Source: Octopus vulgaris (lineage: Eukaryota). Taken from it: DNA of 64,000 nucleotides. Positions 24,951-37,629 of this stretch are shown here, in pieces. A program made the position numbers and the translations under genes. How positions within the stretch are numbered: the stretch's first letter is position 1; every line of letters starts with the position of its first letter. The DNA is taken from assembly GCA_951406725.2 (NCBI GenBank), contig OX597827.1, positions 24,242,001 through 24,306,000 of the forward strand, given 5' to 3'. The notes below the pieces were generated by a model. It was not told the origin of the DNA. It worked only from the letters and a program-made list of their open reading frames with translations, and made no database searches.

Positions 24951-26289
24951 GTAAGTTGCTTATTCCTTCTTTCTTTCTTGTAATATTGATGTTTATTGTT
25001 GTTGCTTAGGGGGGAAATATTGCTTGTTTTGCGGCTGATCCATCAACTTGAAAGAGAAGAATCTTGGCATTCATGTTTCTTGTCTCTGTACGAAAACCTT
25101 CACACACTAACCATTAAAACGTGAAACAGGCTCATTTTACTTACCTGTCCGACTTAAAAATATAACACACTTGTTTTTAATTTAGACACGAGTTTTGAAG
25201 GAAAATATGGTAAAATTTTCGAATTTTACCGAAAAAGTTAAGTGATAGCATCGACTCCAACACTTGACTTAGTATTTAATTGTGTAGACAAGGGAATTGG
25301 ACTCGTTACTTATTCGCTTACATGAAGTGCTCGCGCTTTAATTGTTTAAAATTAAATTGTCATTAATTCTGTTAACATTCATTCAGGACAGAAATATCTT
25401 TGTTTAGATTGAAATGAATTTTTTTTTTTTAATTTGAATGAAACTAAGAAAAAAGAATCTCAATTCATTATCTTTGCTTTCAAATCTTCTGAACTTTTAT
25501 CTCAAATAAATAGAAAAGAAATTTAGTGAAATTGTCGAATTTGCCTGTAAAGAACGAACTCCTGCATAAAATGGGCGGAACCCGGAATGAACGACGCACT
25601 GGATCCACGAAAAATCTCCAAACATCCTAAAACTTTTTTTTGTTTCTAAAATATACTTTAAAGCACGCAATTCAGTCATATTAATTAAGTTTTATTAAGC
25701 ACAAGTTTCTTCGTTTGTTCACACGAAATGTGTGGAATCCATGAATGCTGCCTATATCTAAAATATATAACTCAATGTGTAGTCATTTATATAAAATGAT
25801 GATTTATTTGTAAATTGGGTGGATGTAGCACGTCGTTTCTAGGCAATTAGTTCCTAAAAGCGATTCTCTTATCCCGAGGGTTGTCGTTATCCGGGCTCGC
25901 GGAGAAATATTTAAGGTTGACATGTTTCACCTGACACCGTTTTTATCATGTCAAACCAGTGTTTACTTTTCGTGACCTTTGACCCGACCAAGGTTTTTAA
26001 TTGTTTGGTACCAAGGCCATGCGTGCGGGTCATAGTTAATTAAATCGACTCCTGTATTTATTAACTATTTATTTAATCATCCCAGCAGTGATAATGTCGA
26101 GCGCAGTTGATTTTACGGAAACTGAAGATTTACTTAATATCCGTTAAAAACAAAATTTCAGTAATAAATGTGAAAAAGATTGTAACATCTGATTTTTTTT
26201 TTAATTGTAAGTCTTATCAATTTTGGTGGCGGAAGTAAAGATCATGGACTTTGCGATTATTTTTTTATTATTTTTTACAAGGCGGAGAT

Positions 26290-27845
26290 TCCGAATCTGC
26301 AAAAAAATCTGCATTTCACAATTCAAATCACTCCTTCACCCCCCCCCCTAAATTTCTTAAATTTTCACTTAAAAAAAAAATTTTTTGGGCGAAATACGTA
26401 GAAAAATACGGATCTTTTCTTTTTGATGGACGGAATTTTCTAGTTATCTAAAAAATTTGAAACTTCGTATACTTGTAGAATGTGTCAAAAGAAAACATTA
26501 TTGTAAACAAAATTGAAAACAAAATTGTAATTTGTAACTTTAACGTAGTTTAATACACACGTGCACTTGCACACACACACACGCACATACACACACACAC
26601 TCTCTCTGTCACTATCTCTCTCTCTCTCTCTCTCTCTCTCAAACACATGCATATACATTTGCACAAGCACATAGTAATTAATAAATAAGCGTACACACAC
26701 ATACGCACACAAGCATACATACATGTTCGTGAGTTGCCCCTTGCCGCAACATATTTACACAAAAGGTAAATAAACCAGAAGTGGGGGGGGGGGGTCAATG
26801 TTTCAACGTTTCGGGGTCGATAAATAAAGTACCAATTACGCACTGGTGTCGAGGATTTTTTTCCCAATTTATATCACAGCTTCCGACAAGCTGGGGCATT
26901 CTGTTATGAAAAAATATTTCGCAAATTTTTACAATATGACTCACACTCCACGCGCAAACTCTAGACCGCTTTAGGCATATTATTGTTTTATTTATGTTGT
27001 TTCTGGCCCTTCAAAACCATGGAAGAAGCCTTTTCGGTAAAAAAAATTAAAGAAAATATTCAAAAAATATCGTTAATATTTTTATTGGGCGACGAAATTC
27101 ATCGATTTAAGAGATATAGCTGTTATTTCTAGCAGAAGACAGAAGCGAGAAGGATGAATAAGACGTGTGTGTGTGTGTGTGAGTTTTTAGACGCAGCAAA
27201 TGATTTGAGCTCGAATGCTAGGATTTCATTGGTTAAAATTCGAAGAATTAAACTACGTTAAAGTTACAAATTACAATTTTGTTTACAATAATGTTTTCTT
27301 TTGACACATTCTACAAGTATACGAAGTTTCAAATTGTTTAGTTAACTAGAAAATTCCGTCCATCAAAAAGAAAAGATCCAAAAAAATACGGAGATTATGA
27401 TTCTGAAAAACAAAATTTTTGTAAAATTTCAATTTTTCAAAACCAATAAATAAATAACCCTCCGTCCTATGACAAGAAGTGAAATTAAAGTGTTTTCTCA
27501 ACTAATGTTTCATGACGAGCATAACCCAACATGTGGTCAGAGAGAGCTATGCAAACATTAAATTTTTTGCTCACACACACACACACACACAACAAAATGA
27601 CATAAAAATTTTTTTTTTCTCTTTTGGTAATTCGTATTTAGAAAGTTGACGGGGTTGTTTATGTATTTATTTGTTTTTTGAAAAATTGAATTTTACAAAT
27701 TATTTTAAAATTCAGAATCATAATCTCCGTATTTTTCTATGTATCTCACCTAAAATATTTTTTTCAAAAAAGTGAAAATTTAAGAAATTGAGGGAGTGGG
27801 TGTGTGTTTAAATTTTGAAATGCAGATTTTTTTGCAGATTCGGAA
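26290..27845. mobile_element. Composite foldback element with three pairs of inverted arms, in NAGK intron 1
   Basis: 26290-26410 vs 27727-27845; 26410-26555 vs 27247-27379; 27380-27460 vs 27650-27737. Confidence 0.75.
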
Positions 27846-28745
27846 AAAAATCCCAAAAGGGATCTTTACCCCAGCTGATTTTGATATACCTGTACAAGTG
27901 TCTCAGCCTCACTGACTTTGTTTCATAACTTTCAGAAAACTGGGTATTTAAAAATTTTTTAATGAAATTTCGTATAAATAAACAAAATAGCAAGTTATAA
28001 ACTCCCAAGAAAAGATGGAGTTGTGACATATACTAAATAGTAAAGCCAGTCACCACATCAAAGTGTTTGTTGAATGTTACTACTTGTTTAACCCCAGGCA
28101 GACTCTCCACTTGCTGGTTATCGGTGTAACACTCTGCAACCTTTATACACCATACATTGTCAGCAGGGGGAGCGAACCCCTACTAATCTCTTTGGCATGA
28201 ATTTCGATTACATCAGAATTTAATGTAAAATTGTCAGCGACTCCTTTGCTCCTTCCCTCATTCTGGATGCTGCAATAAATGGGAGGGTCACTGTTTCCGT
28301 AGTCGAATGGAACAAAATCCTGAAGTGTCAGAACTTGTCTGTGAACCATTTCTTCCAAGGCTGCTCGTCTTGTTATGAATAAGAACCAAAAGCTAAGGCA
28401 GATGAGTTGCAAGTGTTGTATGAACATCTCTGAAAATGAAGTTGGTTCTTATGGAAGCAGAAGAGGCTGTCAAAGAAGGAAAATGCCACACTGTGAGTAG
28501 TTCTCCAATGACCGTTTTAAAGACAGAAAACTGACCAAAGTTTTCAGAGTGATAGAATATGGAACTGTATCATCTATGGTGTGTTGTCATCGAAAGTTAT
28601 TATCCAAATAGATAGATGACTTTAGAGACAACAACTTCCATAATTGCAGCCGCCAAAGGTTTGTAAAACCTTCAATTTGCTCCGCTTCCTGAATAAATAT
28701 CATAGAATCTGGTTTAGGATATGCTTCCTTTGTTCTATTCTGCAG

Positions 28746-28830
28746 TGGTGCAACACAATCAAAGGCCATATTACTCGATGCCAATGGAAAAATTCTAGCA
28801 GAAGCAGATGGACCAGGCACCAATCAATAT
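28746..28830 (+). CDS. NAGK: NAGK exon 2
   Basis: GATQSKAILLDANGKILAEADGPGTNQY; tgcag/gtatgt. Confidence 0.95.
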
Positions 28831-29499
28831 GTATGTAGACTTTCCAATTATTTTATTGTTATATTTATATAATAATAATAATGAAATTATTGTATACAGT
28901 ACTCAGGTGCACCACAACTTGTCAAAAGTGTGTATAAAGCATATGCAGTAATGTACAAATGTCTGGGAAGTGAACAGTGTATGAGTCAGATACATGCTTG
29001 CGCGTGTATGGAGGGGAGAAAATCAGGTGTAGTGTTGGCGAATCTCAGGAAGCATGGAAGTTTTGAAGGATGCAGTGCTTGGACAACTAACAAAGAAAAA
29101 AAACCGTATAAGACTATTTCAGAAATAGTATAAATGTGTGTTTCTTCATAGACTAAATACTAAAGACTAACTTTTGAATCCTCGTTTTGAGAGATGTTAC
29201 ATGTTTCCTTCACTGCTTGAAACTGACACATATTAACATTGATAAAAATAGTAACAACTCTTTCTAACTTTGGCACAAGGCCAGCAACTGGGGAGAGATC
29301 AACCCCAGTGTTTAACTGGTACTTATTTTATTGATGCTGGAAAGATTAATACCAAAGTCGACTCTGGCAGAACTTAGGAAAACAGACAGAAACAAAAGGA
29401 AACATTGGAATTATTTTCAATGAAATTTCAATTGAAATAATTGTTTGTGATGTAGACAGAAGGCCTAAATACCTTAATCTAAATAGCAAAAAATAAATT

Positions 29500-29780
29500 T
29501 TGTTGTGTCTGGGGAGAGTAATTTTCTTTTTGTGCCTTATAATGTAACACACTCACCGGTAAAATTTCCACTTTTTTTCTTATTTTTATTTTCCTAAAAT
29601 TTTCATTGTGTCTTGCAACCTTTTCAATAGTGGAAATTTTACTGGTGAGTGTGTTACATTATAAGGCACAAAAAGAAAATAACTGTCCCCAGACACAACA
29701 GAATATGCTTTAACACACGAAATCATATAAAAAATCTTGCAAACCAAATCCAAAAACGAAAAAAATAAATTTAAATTCTT
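29500..29780. mobile_element. Palindromic MITE; second copy at ~35720-35980
   Basis: tgtgtctggggagagtaattttctttttgtgccttataat ... attataaggcacaaaaagaaaataactgtccccagacaca. Confidence 0.75.
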
Positions 29781-29812
29781 ATTTGTACTATTTGTCATCT
29801 TTCATTGAACAG

Positions 29813-29911
29813 CTGATTGGACTTGATGAATGTCTCAAGCGAGTTGAATGTATGATTTCTGAGTTGAAGGAGAAAGCTGGTTTAAAACCGGATTTGAAAC
29901 TAAAGTCACTG
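29813..29911 (+). CDS. NAGK: NAGK exon 3
   Basis: LIGLDECLKRVECMISELKEKAGLKPDLKLKSL; aacag/gtaagt. Confidence 0.95.
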
Positions 29912-30547
29912 GTAAGTTCTTGTAGCTTGTATTTCCTTTTCTATGATGCCAGACATGTCTGGATAAAAGCATTGTTTTTATTAAAAATGTATTGTTGTTT
30001 GTTGTCATCGTCTTTTTAACATCTGTCTTCCCTGCTGGCAAGCCAAATGCTGGTTAAATGGTTTGACCAGATCTGACAGATCAGAGAACTGTCTACTTTG
30101 ACATGGTTTCTACAGCCTGATGCCCTTCCCCTGCCAACCACTTTACAGAGTGTGTCTCTATAGATTTTCTATAGAATTCAGAGCCAGTACTGAGAGTTAC
30201 AATGTTTTGTATATGAATGTGACCAAAGATAGTAAAATAGGTAATGGGTTGTATATGCACATTTCAGGAGTTCTTGCTCCTTCTTCAGAACCACATCCAA
30301 TCCATTAAACATCCACAAGCACATTGATTAAACAACCACCAAGTTTAGCTTTGTAATACTTTTGGATAGACCAATTTGTTTCCTGACAACTGGTATGTAC
30401 ATAGCAATAGATGGTGGGGACATTGTATTTTTTTTTGCAACCATGATATACTAAATTCTATAGAATTAATCTGTAGAGATACACTTAAAAATGAAAACAA
30501 TGCACTGCTAACAAAGTAGGATATAGTATTGACATATAAACCCTTAA

Positions 30548-30768
30548 CCCCTTTGATACTAACCCGGCTGAAACCAGCTCTGGCTCTGAGTACAAATGTC
30601 TTGTTTTCATAAATTCTGAATTAAAATCTTCCACCAAATCTTAGTCACAATTTATGTTCATAACACTAGCTTGAAGAAAACTAAGTTATTTTACTAAATT
30701 CTTTGTTATATTTAAAATTAATTGAAAGAAACACAGAGCATCTCAACAGAAATACAGTAATGAAAGGG
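30548..30768. mobile_element. piggyBac-type MITE
   Basis: TTAA on both sides, CCC...GGG termini. Confidence 0.75.
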
Positions 30769-31079
30769 TTAAGGTAGCTGTTAGTATATTGTGGTTATAA
30801 AATGAAATATAGTGTCCCCACCAGCAATTAATAAACTTTACAGAGTATACTGGGGTCTTTTTTTGTGTCATCAGTACCAGTGAGATTGTTATGCAGCTCA
30901 CAATACTAAGATTTCCTTTGAGTGGAACAACAGTGGAAAAAGGGCAGTTTTGTGCTTGGTGATGAGAGGCTGGAGTACGAAGGAAGAAGCCTGAACAGGT
31001 TTCTTGCAGTAAAAGAGATACATGGCTGCTCACATTACACAAGAGTGAATGGGAGTAATTGACATAAAGATGGGAGTGA

Positions 31080-31116
<37 letters not shown>

Positions 31117-31117
<1 letters not shown>

Positions 31118-31709
31118 GAGGTAGACCCAGGAAGACATGGGACGAGGTGGTCAAGCATGACCTTCATACGTTGAGCCTCACAGAGGCTATGATGAAAGAC
31201 CGAGACCTCTAGAGATATGCTGTGACTTCGAAGACCCGACAAATGAAGTGAATCCATGGCTCACAGGTCGGCCTGCTGTGCAAACCTTGGATCGTAGAGT
31301 GACCCACTGTTCTTGAGGAGACCTATTGAGTCAAGTACGTTAACACCAACATCAAAATGAAAACCAAATGGAAATTGTAGTTAAGATACCTGTGCTGGTG
31401 ACACATTAAAAGCACCGTTTGAACGTGGCAGCTGCCAGCGCCACCTTGACTGGCATCCGTGTCGTTGACATGTAAAAGCACCAACCGATCATGGCCATTT
31501 GCCAGCCTCATCTGGCCTCTGTGCCGGTGACGTGTAAAAAGCATCCACTACACTCTCAGAGTGGTTGGCGTTAGGAAGGGCATCCAGCAGTAGAAACTCT
31601 GCCAGATCAAAATTGAAGCCTGGTGCAGCCATCTGGTTGCCAGCCCTCAGTCAAAATCGTCCAACCCATGCTAGCATGGAAAACGGACGTTAAACGATGA
31701 TGATGATGA
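31117..31709 (+). mobile_element. RTE LINE 3' fragment
   Basis: RGRPRKTWDEVVKHDL remnant, 3'UTR and (GAT)n tail. Confidence 0.8.
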
Positions 31710-32145
31710 ATAAGCACCAGGCTTAAACCAAAAAGTACTGGTGTTGATTTGTTTGACTCAGAATTCTTTGATAAGGCCACAGTCTATTGAGTGAAACAAG
31801 ATAAAAACAGATAAAATCAACTTACCTTGATGAGTCTTTCAATAAATTCTCTGTTTTCTACTGATGCCTTGATGCTGTCTGCTAGTTTGACCTTTTCAAA
31901 CAAATTTTTAAGATTCTGGAGCCTGGTGCAGCCTCCTGGCTTCCCAGACCCCAGTTGAACCGTCCAACCCAGGCTAGCATGGAAAACGGACGTTATACGA
32001 TGATGATGATGATGATTCGACTTTGCTTTTCATCCTTTTAGGATTGATAAAATAAGTACCAGTTGAACACTGGGGTCGATATAATCGACTTAGCTCCTCC
32101 CACAAACTTGCTGGCCCTGTGCCAAAATTTGAAACCATCGGCATT

Positions 32146-32192
<47 letters not shown>

Positions 32193-32624
32193 AATCATCA
32201 CCACCATCATCCTCATCCTCATTGTTACTATTCAGTCTATTCGATATAGCAGACAAGGTAAGAGAATTAATTAGCTTTAGCATGAAGAAATGCTCGTCAA
32301 TGCTTTCTGAAAGTATTCCTCTTAACAGCTTCCATACTAATGGTAAGCATGAATGGTTGGTCTGTAATTGCTACCTGTATTACCTTTGCTTTTATCTTTA
32401 TTATCATTAAGGTGGCGAGCTGGCAGAACCAGGTAAAATGCTTAGGAACCATTTCATCCCTCTTCATGTTCAGTGTTGAAATTCTGTTGAGGTCAACATT
32501 GCTTTTCATTATTTCAGGGTTGATAAAATAAAGTACCAGTTGTGTACTGAGGTCAATGTAATTGACTTACCCACTTCCCTGAAATTGTGGCAAAATTTGA
32601 AACCATTATTATTATTATTATTAT

Positions 32625-33012
32625 TCCTTCTTTCTTCAAATTTTCTTCCGTTTCTCGCCGAGTGTTTTCCGTACACCTAGGGCAGAGAAGCTCATTGTAT
32701 GCATTCCCAGATTACACACACAAATTCACAGGTAAAATATGTACTTAAAAAATTAATAAATAAATAAATTCATGGATGGATGTTGTTTTCACAGCGATAA
32801 TGCTCTTCTCAGTACATGAGTCGTTCCAGTTAACACAATTTTTTGCACTTCCTGTAGGGATGGTAAGTCTGGTATCATTTTCAATCACTGGTACTGTAGT
32901 CGCCTTGACATGCCACATTTTTTTCAATTTCTATTAGCAAGTCTTTATATTTACTGATCTTGTCAAATTCTTTCGCTGCTATATTGTGATCGCAAGGAAT
33001 ACTCATATCAAT
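32625..33012 (-). mobile_element. R4/Dong-type RLE fragment with 3'UTR
   Basis: IDMSIPCDHNIAAKEFDKISKYKDLLIEIEK/MWHVKATTVPVI; (TAA)n tail. Confidence 0.75.
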
Positions 33013-33211
33013 TTATCATCATCATCATTATTTTCTGTTTACTTTAATTAGATTCCTGATAAACTCATGTTTATCTTTGTCATTATCTGTAACCTATGAG
33101 CTTAATATGCTTGCATATGTATGTCCAGGGTTAACATAGGTAATTATACTGGCAGTATAATGGATATTTTTATCCCTTAGATGGTTATTCCAACCTTTAA
33201 CTCTACTAACA

Positions 33212-33212
33212 A

Positions 33213-33267
<55 letters not shown>

Positions 33268-33300
33268 GTTGTTGTTGTTGTTATTGTTGTTGTTGTTATT
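33212..33300. repeat. (TTA)n/(TTG)n microsatellite abutting the NAGK exon 4 acceptor
   Basis: Seen directly in the sequence. Confidence 0.95.
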
Positions 33301-33308
33301 CAATAAAG

Positions 33309-33450
33309 GGTCTGTCACTTAGTGGAGGAGACGAACTAGAAATTCAACAAGAACTTAAAAGCAGATTCACGAAGAATTACAGTCATTTATCAGAAGGACT
33401 ATATTGTTGCAGTGACACAGAATGTGCATTTTATACCGTTTCAGACAAAG
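33309..33450 (+). CDS. NAGK: NAGK exon 4
   Basis: GLSLSGGDELEIQQELKSRFTKNYSHLSEGLYCCSDTECAFYTVSDK, containing the catalytic Asp region; aag/gtgaag. Confidence 0.92.
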
Positions 33451-33513
33451 GTGAAGTAACAAACTCAGAAAACCTTTTGTATTGATTTTACTTTAATATT
33501 GATTTCTAATATT

Positions 33514-34962
33514 ATTACGGTGATGTACTTGCATAGCAAGTGACCTGATCTGAGATTGTGTGCTGGAACAAAAACAGTTGCAGTGTGGAAGGTGTTTATA
33601 AGCCATTTAAAAATACACAAAAACAGTTAGATTCACTTCAACATTTAAATTTAATTTGCCAAAATATTTTCGTCACTTTGAGACCGCGACCTGTTTAGTT
33701 TTATGGCATATCGTCAGACCCCAAAACCTGTTGGCCTAAAACCTTTTCAAAATATGGAGGGGGAAAAGCCGCACTACAAAGGTAAACAATAGGGGATTAT
33801 CTCCCTTTGGCATTGGCTATCGGTTTCCAGCTGTGCTGCCATCTTGCAGTCTCCAAAAAGCAACAGCAGCAGCAGCAGCCCTAGCAGAAACGCCAACATA
33901 ACCATGGCCAATGACACCTCTAACGGCAATGGCAGCTCCTCCGCCACTCGCGAAGACTGCAATAATAATAGTAATAACAACAACAACGCCTTCTCCATAA
34001 CCGGCACTGGCAATGGCAATACTGACACCACCACCATCTCCACTATCGCCAACACCAGCAGTCCCGGCTCCAACAACAGCAACAGTGGAGGTGCAATAGC
34101 CCAGTGGTTAGGGTAGCGGACTCGCAGTCGTAAGAATGCTGTTTTGACTCCCAGACCAGGCATTATGAGTGTTTATTGAGCAAAAACACCTAAGCTCCAC
34201 AAGGCTCTGGCGCGGGTGGGGGGAGTTATTGAACCCTGCTGTACTCTTTCACCACAACCCACAACTTTCTCTCACTCTTACTTCCTACTTCTGCCACAAA
34301 GCAGAGGAACCAGGGTGTAACCCATTATGGTGTGGTAAACTTTCAGACCCTAAGTCTAGATTGCAAATCCTCTGTACCCCAGGGTTGTTCAGCTCTCCAC
34401 CCATTAAAAGCCACCGTTTACTGAATGAGGATAATAACATAGCTTTTGTGCCCGTGCAGCCGCCAGTCTATTGCGTGTGGTGGGTGGATCTTCAAGTTGC
34501 CACACGCATTCTTAGCAGCTTTGTGTAGGCTGGAATTAGAGATTATTCTTTGTGGCTAATGGCGTGAGTCCTGATTGGAAGAAGAAGAAGACAACAGCAA
34601 CATCGACAACAGTAGCAGCAACAACGGTAACAACATCAACAGGTACAGCACCAGCAACAAGTGCAGAGGCAATAACATTACCGCTGCTACCACCACCTTC
34701 AGCAACACCAGCATGAACAGCAAGAACAGCAACAGCACTCTAGGCAACAGCTGCAGCATTGACAACATCTGCCCACGGAAATACATTGGATGTTCTGGGA
34801 ATTCTCTCAAGCAAAGCACTGAGATGCAGCCTGGAACTTTGTCTTTGAACAAGTCTCAAAGCAACGAGAATATTTTGGCAAATTAAATTTTAATGTTGAA
34901 GTGAATCTAACGGTTTTTGTGTATTTTCAAATGGTTTATAAACACCTTCCAAGCTGCAATTA
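33514..34962. mobile_element. Unclassified insertion with ~120-bp inverted arms and a candidate 12-bp TSD
   Basis: 33575-33695 is inverted to 34848-34962; atttctaatatt at 33502-33513 and 34963-34974; AAC/AGC-rich interior with a nested SINE at ~34088. Confidence 0.55.
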
Positions 34963-36515
34963 ATTTCTAATATTGATTTTAAGATTGGCTTCTAATGTTG
35001 ATGCAAGACGAATGGTTGCACACCACATCCAATGCTTCTTATGTCCAACTTTTCTCTCAGAGTGCTTACACTCTGTCGTGCATGCACACTGACATTACAC
35101 ATCCAGTGGAGCATACCAGCTTCATTTCTTTCAAGCCTATACATGTCCTCAGAAGTTACGGTCCATGTTTCACTGCCATGTAGCATGGCTGTTCACACTC
35201 AGGTTAGGTGCAGGCTTGGCTGTGTGGTAAGAAGCATGCTTCCCAACCACATGGTTCTGAGTTCAGTCCCACTGCATGGCACCTTCTACTATAGCCTCAG
35301 GCCAACCACAGCCTCGTGTGTGGATTTGGTAGATGGAAACTGAAAGAAGCCCATCATATATATATATATGTTTATGTGTATGTGTGTCTGTGTTTGTCAC
35401 TCCACCATCGCTTGACAACTGATGTTGGTGTGTTTACATCCCCAAAACTTAATGTTTCGGCAAAAGAGACTGATAGAATAAGTACTAGGCTGACAAAGAA
35501 TAAGTCCTGGGGGTTCAATTTCTTTGACTAAATGTGGTGCTCCAGCATGGCTACAGTAAAATGACTGAAACAAGTAAAAGGATAAAAGAATATCCCTTTA
35601 GAGTTTAAACCAGGGCCACATGAGGATCACATGAGGCCCGAGGGCCACATGAAGCCTGCAGATTTTTATTTTGCAACCCGCTTGATACTTTCTTGAAATG
35701 GGTTTATTTAAAGTAACATTTTAAAATTTCGTTTTTGGATTCTGTTTGCAAGATTCTTTATGTGAGTTCGTGTGTTGAAACATATTCTGTTGTGTCTGGG
35801 GAGAGTAATTTTCTTTTTGTGCCTTATAATTTAACACACTCACCGGTAAAAACTATTGAAAAGGTTGCAAGATGCAATGAAAATTTTAGAGAAATAAAGA
35901 AGGAAATAAGCGGAAATTTTACTGGTGGGTGTGTTAAATTATAAAGCACTAAAAGAGAATGACTCTCCCCAGACACATTTAAAAAAATTTATGAGAAATT
36001 AAAGATTGTACTGAAAATACAAAAGAAAGATACTGCTGTTTTTGCACTGATAATATTTCATGTTGAATCAACGATCATTCATTCATTATTGTAATAACAG
36101 CCTGAGAAAGCAAAATGCTTTCAGTTCTGTCATTATACAAGTGGCCCTCAAAAAACTCTCTGTGATTAAAGTGGCCCGCAATGCAATTCAAGTTGGCCTG
36201 GCCTGGTTTAAACCAACTAAATCTAGGGTCCAAATATTCTTCCTGTTTTATGTTCAAGTTGGCCAGATCTGGTATCTCACACCTCCCCCACAATGTTATC
36301 CTAAAAATAAACAATCACATCATTGAAATCTGAAAGCTATAAGATACTGCATGATAAACTAAAAAAAATATGAATAAACCAGCTTTATATTGGACAGGGT
36401 AATCTTAATTCTGAAGAATTAAAGTTGTTGATTTAAAGGAAAACCATTGTTGAAGTTTTTTTTTCTGTTACTTAAAATGATTTTTTATGTAAATAATATG
36501 ATTTTGAATTTCTAG

Positions 36516-36626
36516 GTGGAGTTATCTTGATTGCTGGAACTGGTTCAAACTGCCAACTTATCAATTCCGATGGCTCACAACATCGTTGTGGAGGATGGGG
36601 TCATTTGATTGGAGATGAAGGATCAG
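36516..36626 (+). CDS. NAGK: NAGK exon 5
   Basis: [36 protein letters not shown], the hallmark NAGK/BadF motifs; tctag/gtaaag. Confidence 0.97.
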
Positions 36627-36887
36627 GTAAAGATGACCTCATTAAATTATTGAAACAAATCCCGTTTTCTGACTGAAAGATGCAAAATTTTAATTTTAAT
36701 GTGTTGGCCTTTTTTGTTTTCATACACAAAGGGGCGTAACTCAATGAACTGATTTTTATATGAACATATGCAAACACACACACACGCGCGCACACACACA
36801 CGCGCACACACACACACACACTTGTTCAAACACTAGCAAAAGATAAATTTAGTCAAATCAATAGTCCTTTTCTTCTTATTTATTCAG

Positions 36888-37000
36888 CTTACTGGATATC
36901 GTTGTTAGCAATAAAAACCATTTATGATCATGAGGATAACTTTGTTCTTTGTCCCTATGACATTTCGTACACCAAGGAGGCCATATTTCGCCATTTCAAG
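36888..37000 (+). CDS. NAGK: NAGK exon 6
   Basis: AYWISLLAIKTIYDHEDNFVLCPYDISYTKEAIFRHFK; ttcag/gtaagt. Confidence 0.96.
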
Positions 37001-37629
37001 GTAAGTATTTACGTTTAAGTATCCTACCTTAATCCTTTCTCAAACAACTCAGCTCAACCGTCTGTCTGCTTTTCTTGTTTTAGAAGGGAAAAATCTCAAG
37101 ATATATGTATGGAATGTATCATCATCGTCATCATCTGTTTCTTTACTACCCACAAGGGGCTAAACACAGAGAAGACAAACAAGGACAGACAAACGGATTA
37201 AGTCGATTATATCGACCCCAGTGTGTAACTGGTACTTATTTAATCGACTCCGAAAGGCAAAGTTGACCTCGGCGGAATTTGAACTCAGAACGTAGTGGCA
37301 GATGAAATACTGCTAAGCATTTCATCCGGTGTGCTAACGATTCTGCCAGCTTGCCGACTTATAATCATCATATTCATCATCACCATCGCCACCACCACCA
37401 CCATCATCACCGCTACCCCCGCCACCACCACCATTTAATGCCTGTTTCCCCATGCTGTATTGGACGGTCTGACAGGAGCTGGCAAGCCACATGTCCATGC
37501 CAACCACCACTGTCTGTTTTGGCACGGTTTCTACAGCTGGATGCTCTTCCAAATACCAGCCATTTTAAAAAGAATGTACTCGGTGCTTTTTACATGACAT
37601 CTGCACCAACGTATGTGTGTATATATAAA

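Noticed and set aside
28140-28650. Non-repetitive-looking stretch in NAGK intron 1 with short ORFs
   Set aside because: No recognisable protein motif or splice pattern; probably an old transposon remnant that cannot be classified by eye
34088-34165. tRNA-like sequence (also at 24258, 35205, 15180)
   Set aside because: These are SINE heads with A/B boxes that continue into SINE body; no complete cloverleaf
33844-34886. Asn/Ser-rich ORFs as extra NAGK exons or a nested gene
   Set aside because: NAGK is complete at 344 aa without them, they lie within a repeat insertion, and there is no convincing splice context
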